Virus record (IMG/VR): IMGVR_UViG_2681813321_000026
Span: 1-24,073 of that record
Direction: 5' to 3' (one strand)
Source of the DNA: a virus
Taxonomy: Duplodnaviria > Heunggongvirae > Uroviricota > Caudoviricetes
Length of the DNA: 24,073 bases
This document shows, one piece after another, positions 19,795-24,073 of this stretch (position 1 is its first letter; the number at the start of each line of letters is the position of its first letter). The notes beneath the pieces are model-generated. The model saw nothing but the letters and a program-made list of their open reading frames with translations, was not told where the DNA came from and did not search any database. The translations under genes and the position numbers were made by a program.

Positions 19795-20618
19795 AAAAAT
19801 TACTTTTTGCTTTAGCCCTTGTTCTGCCGACCATTGGCCTTGTCGGTTGCGATCGCGTTGAGCCTGGTAATGTGGGCATCAAAGTAAACAAACTGGGCGA
19901 CGATAAAGGCGTCGGTGAAGTGGTCGGTGTTGGGCGCTACTGGACGGGATGGAACACTGAGGTTTACATCTTCCCGACCTTTAAGCAGATGAAGACCTAC
20001 GATGATCCATTCAGTTTCCAGATGAGTGACGGTACAACCATCGGCTATCACATCGGCGTGGCCTACAAAGTTGATCCATCCAAAGTTACCACAGTCTTTC
20101 AGACCTACCGCAAAGGCGTGGACGACATTACCGACACCGACCTGCGCCAGAAGATAGCCGACGCACTCAACCGACTGGCCAGCAAAATGACCACCGACAA
20201 ATTTATCGACGGCGGCAAGTCTGAGCTGCTGGATGCAGCTCTTAAAGACATTCAGGAAGAAATGACGCCCATCGGTATTCAGGTAATGAGCCTCTCATAT
20301 GTGGGTAAGCCGGAGTACCCACCTACTGTTATCGACAGCATTAATGCCAAAGTCACGGCGAACCAGAAAACCCTGCAACGCGAGCAGGAAGTAAAACAGC
20401 GCGAAGCGGAAGCCAACATGTTGCGCGCGGAAGCTGCCGGACAGGCAGATGCGATTCGCACAAAAGCCCAGGCCGAAGCCGATGCTATTCGTTTACGCGG
20501 TGAAGCTCTGCGCCAGAACCCCGGTGTTATGGAGCTGGAAGCCATCAACAAGTGGAACGGTACACTGCCGCAATACATGACCAGCGGTGCCAACACACCA
20601 TTTATTCAGGTTAAGTAA
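19791..20618 (+). CDS. SPFH/band-7 (HflC/stomatin-like) domain lipoprotein, 275 aa
   Basis: Lipoprotein signal MKKLLFALALVLPTIGLVGC (lipobox LVGC); SPFH-like core and C-terminal Ala/Glu/Gln/Arg-rich coiled-coil segment (REQEVKQREAEANMLRAEAAGQADAIRTKAQAEADAIRLRGEAL) typical of HflC/QmcA-type proteins; SD AAGGA upstream. Confidence 0.8.
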   Translation: MKKLLFALALVLPTIGLVGCDRVEPGNVGIKVNKLGDDKGVGEVVGVGRYWTGWNTEVYIFPTFKQMKTYDDPFSFQMSDGTTIGYHIGVAYKVDPSKVTTVFQTYRKGVDDITDTDLRQKIADALNRLASKMTTDKFIDGGKSELLDAALKDIQEEMTPIGIQVMSLSYVGKPEYPPTVIDSINAKVTANQKTLQREQEVKQREAEANMLRAEAAGQADAIRTKAQAEADAIRLRGEALRQNPGVMELEAINKWNGTLPQYMTSGANTPFIQVK

Positions 20619-20661
20619 TACATATGCCCGGTATTACACGCCGGGCTGTCTGGAGATAAAA

Positions 20662-21411
20662 ATGAATATTGTAACCATCAACAACAAACAGTTTCCGGTA
20701 ATCGAATATCGCGGTCAGCGTGTTGTGACATTTGCAATAATTGATGACGTCCACCAGCGCCCGGAAGGTACCGCCCGTGCTGCGTTTAACCGCAACCGTT
20801 CTCACTTTATCGAAGGGGTGGATTTTCTTGAAATGACTGCGGACGTAATACGTACGGAGTCACTTTCTGATGCCTTTGCCGCGCGAACTGCCAAAGGGAT
20901 CATTCTTTTCGAGTCTGGTTACCTGATGTTGACGAAGCCTTTTAACGATGCTCTTGCATGGCAGGTTCAGCGCGAACTGGTTAACAGCTATTTCCGAACT
21001 CACGCGCCGCTGACGGAAATGGAGATGATCGCTGCAATGGCCGCCGATGCCGTTCGCCAGCAGAAGCGCCTGAGTCATGTTGAAGAGAAGATCGAAACGG
21101 TCACCAAAGCTGTGGAGAACATCAAACGCGGCACAATGCGCACCGGATATGTCGGTTACCGCCAGGTGGTAGCCAAAAGCGGAATGAGTGACGCCAAGTG
21201 TCGGAATCTGGTCAACGCCTACCACATCCCTACCGACACGCACGAATTTATGACTCCGGACGGTCTGTTGTCTCGCAGGGCTGTCGTCGAGCTTGAGACA
21301 TTTATGGCGGCGTTCCACCAAATGATGTCAGAGGCTGAACCACGCGGCACACGCTGGTATCACCCGAAGATGGGGCTTTTTCAGGTAATCGGATGGGAGG
21401 ATAAAGCATGA
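20662..21411 (+). CDS. Phage antirepressor-like protein with N-terminal ORF6N/KilA-N-type domain (249 aa)
   Basis: Start set to ATG 20662 (SD GGAG 6 nt upstream; track start 20587 is an upstream extension overlapping the SPFH gene end). N-terminus MNIVTINNKQFPVIEYRGQRVVTFAIIDDVHQRPEGTARAAFNRNRSHFIEGVDFLE resembles ORF6N antirepressor domains. Confidence 0.6.
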   Translation: MNIVTINNKQFPVIEYRGQRVVTFAIIDDVHQRPEGTARAAFNRNRSHFIEGVDFLEMTADVIRTESLSDAFAARTAKGIILFESGYLMLTKPFNDALAWQVQRELVNSYFRTHAPLTEMEMIAAMAADAVRQQKRLSHVEEKIETVTKAVENIKRGTMRTGYVGYRQVVAKSGMSDAKCRNLVNAYHIPTDTHEFMTPDGLLSRRAVVELETFMAAFHQMMSEAEPRGTRWYHPKMGLFQVIGWEDKA

Positions 21412-21976
21412 TCATCCAGTCAAAACTTATTCGCGCCGCTCTGGTGTGCGCTGCTAAAAACGACGTTCGTTATTACCTGAACGGTCTTCACATCACGCCA
21501 AAACATATTGAGGCAACCAATGGTTTCGTAGCACTGCGCATGACTCACGGCATCCGGACGAAGAAAAACATCATTGTCCAGTTCGAAGGTGGCGTCCCGG
21601 CCAAAGCCGAAACGACAGAGCTGATTTTTAGTAAAGAGCCGATCCTGTTCATCGCGACCAGTTTCAGCGCCGGCTGTCCATTACCGGCATTAAATTGGTG
21701 GACGGTTGTTTTCCGGATTTGGAACGCATCATTCCGAAAAAATTTGACCTCTGTACACACCCGGTGATCCAGGCGGGTTACCTGAGTTATCCAGAGAAGA
21801 TGTTTGGTCGTGAGCGTAAATTTATTCCCGTCCAGTTACGTTCCTCCGGTGACGGGCAAGCGGTCAGAATTCAGTTTGATTCCATCATCAACTCAATGTA
21901 TGGCAATCCTGAATTTGTTGTGATGCCTTGTCGTGATCATGGCGATTTCAATGTGGCTCAGGAGCATCCGGAATGA
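21408..21976 (+). pseudogene. DnaN (beta sliding clamp) domain II-III-like gene interrupted by a -1 frameshift near 21672-21676
   Basis: Frame-0 ORF 21408-21767 begins MIIQSKLIRAALVCAAKNDVRYYLNGLHI...ATNGFVALR (compare E. coli DnaN RLIEATQFSMAHQDVRYYLNGM...ATDGHRLAV). Frame-2 ORF open from 21635 to 21976 reads ...IKLVDGCFPDLERIIPKK...VVMPCRD (compare DnaN SKLVDGRFPDYRRVLPK...VVMPMRL). No SD or ATG for the second frame; ATG 21408 overlaps the antirepressor stop. Confidence 0.5.
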
Positions 21977-22011
21977 AAATCGAATACCAGGACGCCGCAG
22001 GAGGTGAATCA

Positions 22012-22095
22012 ATGAGCTGGCCTGATGCAATCGTAACTCTGGGGGTGGTATTCGCAGTAGCGTTTGTTGTGTTCTCAATTTGTCGATGGGGATAA
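22012..22095 (+). CDS. Small hydrophobic peptide (27 aa; 40 aa if started at coupled ATG 21973)
   Basis: Strong SD AGGAGGT 7 nt upstream of ATG 22012; translation MSWPDAIVTLGVVFAVAFVVFSICRWG is a single TM helix. An in-frame ATG at 21973 overlaps the stop of the upstream gene. Confidence 0.35.
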   Translation: MSWPDAIVTLGVVFAVAFVVFSICRWG

Positions 22096-22099
22096 CCAC

Positions 22100-22342
22100 A
22101 TGTTCGCTTTGATTCAACGCGGTCAGATATACACGGACAGAGCCGGATACCCCGTGGTGATTACTCGCATCACTGAGCACTCAGTGTTCTTTCGACGGAT
22201 GGACGGACGATCCGGGCGGGTACGCATTGGTGAGTTAAACTGCCTGTTCGAACATATTGACCACCAGGAGTACCGCAAAATTCTCGCGGACACTGAGCAG
22301 GAAAAGCACCTGAAAAAATTACGAGCCATAAAAAGGAAGTAA
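22100..22342 (+). CDS. Hypothetical protein (80 aa)
   Basis: ATG 22100 with GGGGA 7 nt upstream; track start 22064 is a TTG upstream extension. Confidence 0.5.
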   Translation: MFALIQRGQIYTDRAGYPVVITRITEHSVFFRRMDGRSGRVRIGELNCLFEHIDHQEYRKILADTEQEKHLKKLRAIKRK

Positions 22343-22345
22343 AGA

Positions 22346-22480
22346 ATGAATAAAGCATTTGAACGATGGGTCCACCAGCGTTACGGCAATCGCTATGACC
22401 TGACGCGAGATGTTGACGGCTTCTACTGTCGTGAAGTTGTGAAGCGAATGTTTGAAGTGTGGTGCCACTGCCGTGGATGA
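22346..22480 (+). CDS. Hypothetical small Cys-containing protein (44 aa)
   Basis: ATG 22346 with AAGGAAG upstream; MNKAFERWVHQRYGNRYDLTRDVDGFYCREVVKRMFEVWCHCRG; below track size cutoff. Confidence 0.35.
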   Translation: MNKAFERWVHQRYGNRYDLTRDVDGFYCREVVKRMFEVWCHCRG

Positions 22481-22498
22481 AAATTTTATGAGGTTGGC

Positions 22499-22753
22499 AT
22501 GCAGACAATCATCTATCAGATAACCCCCAGCAAATGGTGTACGGAGAGAGTCCTCATTGCATCAACAGGGCTAAAGCCTGGCACCATTGAGCGGGCAAGA
22601 AGAAAGTCATGGATGCAGGGAAAAGAATACCGCCATTACGCTGTAGAAGGTGATCCGGGGCACTACAGTGAATGCCTGTACAACATCGAAGAAATTATGC
22701 GATGGATCGAAAACCAGAAACAACCAGGTGCCAAAAATGCAAGTTCCGGTTAA
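22499..22753 (+). CDS. Excisionase-like protein (84 aa)
   Basis: Immediately upstream of the integrase gene, same strand; motif pattern W..E.L...TGLKPGTIERARRKSWMQGKEYRH resembles prophage excisionase-like (DUF1233-type) proteins. Confidence 0.55.
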   Translation: MQTIIYQITPSKWCTERVLIASTGLKPGTIERARRKSWMQGKEYRHYAVEGDPGHYSECLYNIEEIMRWIENQKQPGAKNASSG

Positions 22754-22786
22754 CCTGTTAATGCTCCTGGACGTCTGGGAGGTTTA

Positions 22787-24073
22787 ATGAGTAACGCATC
22801 ATACCCGACAGGCGTTGAAAACCATGGAGGATCACTCCGTATATGGTTTCACTATAATGGCAAACGTGTCAGAGAAAACCTCGGTGTTCCTGACACAGCC
22901 AAAAACCGGAAGATCGCTGGTGAACTTCGCACTTCCGTTTGTTTTGCAATCAGAATGGGGAGTTTCGACTACGCCGCGCAGTTCCCTAATTCCCCTAACC
23001 TGAAACACTTTGGTCTGGGAAAAAGAGAGATAACCGTTAAGGCACTTTCGGAAAAATGGTTGGACCTTAAGAAAATTGAGATTTGTGCGAATGCACTTAA
23101 TCGTTACCAGTCAGTAATTAAAAACATGTTGCCTATGTTGGGTGAGAAAAAACTGGTTTCATCCATAACAAAAGAGGATTTACTTTTCGCAAGGAGAGAT
23201 TTGTTGACCGGTTACCAAAAGCTTTCTAATGGAAAGATTTCTTCCATAAAAGGGCGCTCAGTGGTCACAGTAAACTACTATATGACAACCATAGCTGGAA
23301 TGTTTCAATTTGCAACAGATAATGGTTATACCTCAGGAAACCCATTTAACGGTCTGGCACCCTTAAAAAAGTCCAAGGTAAAACCAGATCCTCTCACCCG
23401 TGACGAATTTATTCGTTTTATTGAAGCTTGCCGTCATCAACAAACAAAAAACCTGTGGATTCTCGCTGTATACACGGGTATTCGTCACGGGGAGCTGGTA
23501 TCGCTGGCATGGGAAGATATAGATCTTAAAGCAAGGACTATAACCATCCGTAGGAATTATACAAAACTTGGCGAATTCACTCCACCAAAAACCGATGCTG
23601 GCACCGGAAGGACAATTCATCTGGTTCAACCAGCTATTGATGCTCTTAAAAGTCAGGCGGAAATGACCATGCTTGGAAAGCAACATTCTGTAGAGGTAAA
23701 GCAGAGGGAATATGGGAGAAGTACTGTGCATAAATGCACTTTTGTTTTTAGTCCTCAGGTAATAAAACAGCGGCAGTTTTCCGGACCGCACTATAAGGTT
23801 GACTCCATCAGGGAGTCATGGACAAGTATCTTAAAACGCGCAGGTCTGAGACACAGAAAATCGTACCAATCCAGGCATACTTATGCATGCTGGTCACTTG
23901 CCGCTGGAGCTAATCCTAGTTTTATCGCAAGCCAGATGGGCCACACAAACGCACAAATGGTATTCAATGTTTACGGAGCATGGATGAAAGACAACAATCA
24001 CGAACAGATAGAACTCCTTAACAAAAGACTATCTGAAAGTGTCCCATGTATGCCCCATAAGAAAGCTGGGTAA
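22787..24073 (+). CDS. int: Tyrosine-type site-specific integrase (428 aa)
   Basis: SD GGGAGG upstream; C-terminal catalytic region with RHGEL, SRHTYACW, HTNAQMVFNVYGAW (catalytic Tyr) typical of tyrosine recombinases. Last prophage gene before the expected attachment site beyond the window. Confidence 0.9.
   Translation: MSNASYPTGVENHGGSLRIWFHYNGKRVRENLGVPDTAKNRKIAGELRTSVCFAIRMGSFDYAAQFPNSPNLKHFGLGKREITVKALSEKWLDLKKIEICANALNRYQSVIKNMLPMLGEKKLVSSITKEDLLFARRDLLTGYQKLSNGKISSIKGRSVVTVNYYMTTIAGMFQFATDNGYTSGNPFNGLAPLKKSKVKPDPLTRDEFIRFIEACRHQQTKNLWILAVYTGIRHGELVSLAWEDIDLKARTITIRRNYTKLGEFTPPKTDAGTGRTIHLVQPAIDALKSQAEMTMLGKQHSVEVKQREYGRSTVHKCTFVFSPQVIKQRQFSGPHYKVDSIRESWTSILKRAGLRHRKSYQSRHTYACWSLAAGANPSFIASQMGHTNAQMVFNVYGAWMKDNNHEQIELLNKRLSESVPCMPHKKAG

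Larger units (their letters stand above)
15611..20105. repeat. Direct repeat copy 2 (4,495 bp), identical to 5643-10137
   Basis: See copy 1. Here the repeat continues into an intact SPFH gene and on to the integrase, so this copy is in the native context at its right end. Confidence 0.95.

Noticed and set aside
20626-20646. Hairpin (gcccgg ... ccgggc) immediately after the SPFH gene as a terminator
   Set aside because: No downstream U-tract, and the next gene's SD follows within 15 nt; more likely an RNA-stability or coupling structure, or chance.

Overview
Enterobacterial lambdoid prophage segment (lambda-identical packaging genes suggest an E. coli-like host), read here mostly in reverse orientation. 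Left to right: a partial NanS-like esterase gene, a small ORF and late antiterminator Q (all minus strand); a tightly coupled replication operon (SF2 helicase, zinc-ribbon/Toprim primase, a 285-aa unknown); an immunity region (Cro-like, CI repressor, PL-like promoter with operators) followed by a plus-strand early-left operon of mostly unassignable small genes ending in an SPFH-domain lipoprotein, an ORF6N antirepressor-like protein, a frameshifted DnaN-like clamp fragment, excisionase-like gene and tyrosine integrase. The dominant structural feature is a perfect 4,495-bp direct repeat (5643-10137 and 15611-20105, period 9,968 bp) carrying the whole immunity region. The two copies flank a 5.5-kb fragment with a lambda-type cos site, Nu1, A, W and a 3'-truncated portal gene B, plus a TonB C-terminal-domain lipoprotein gene. 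No rRNA, tRNA, CRISPR array or IS element was recognised. All functional calls rest on motif recognition and memory of lambda proteins; no database search was run.
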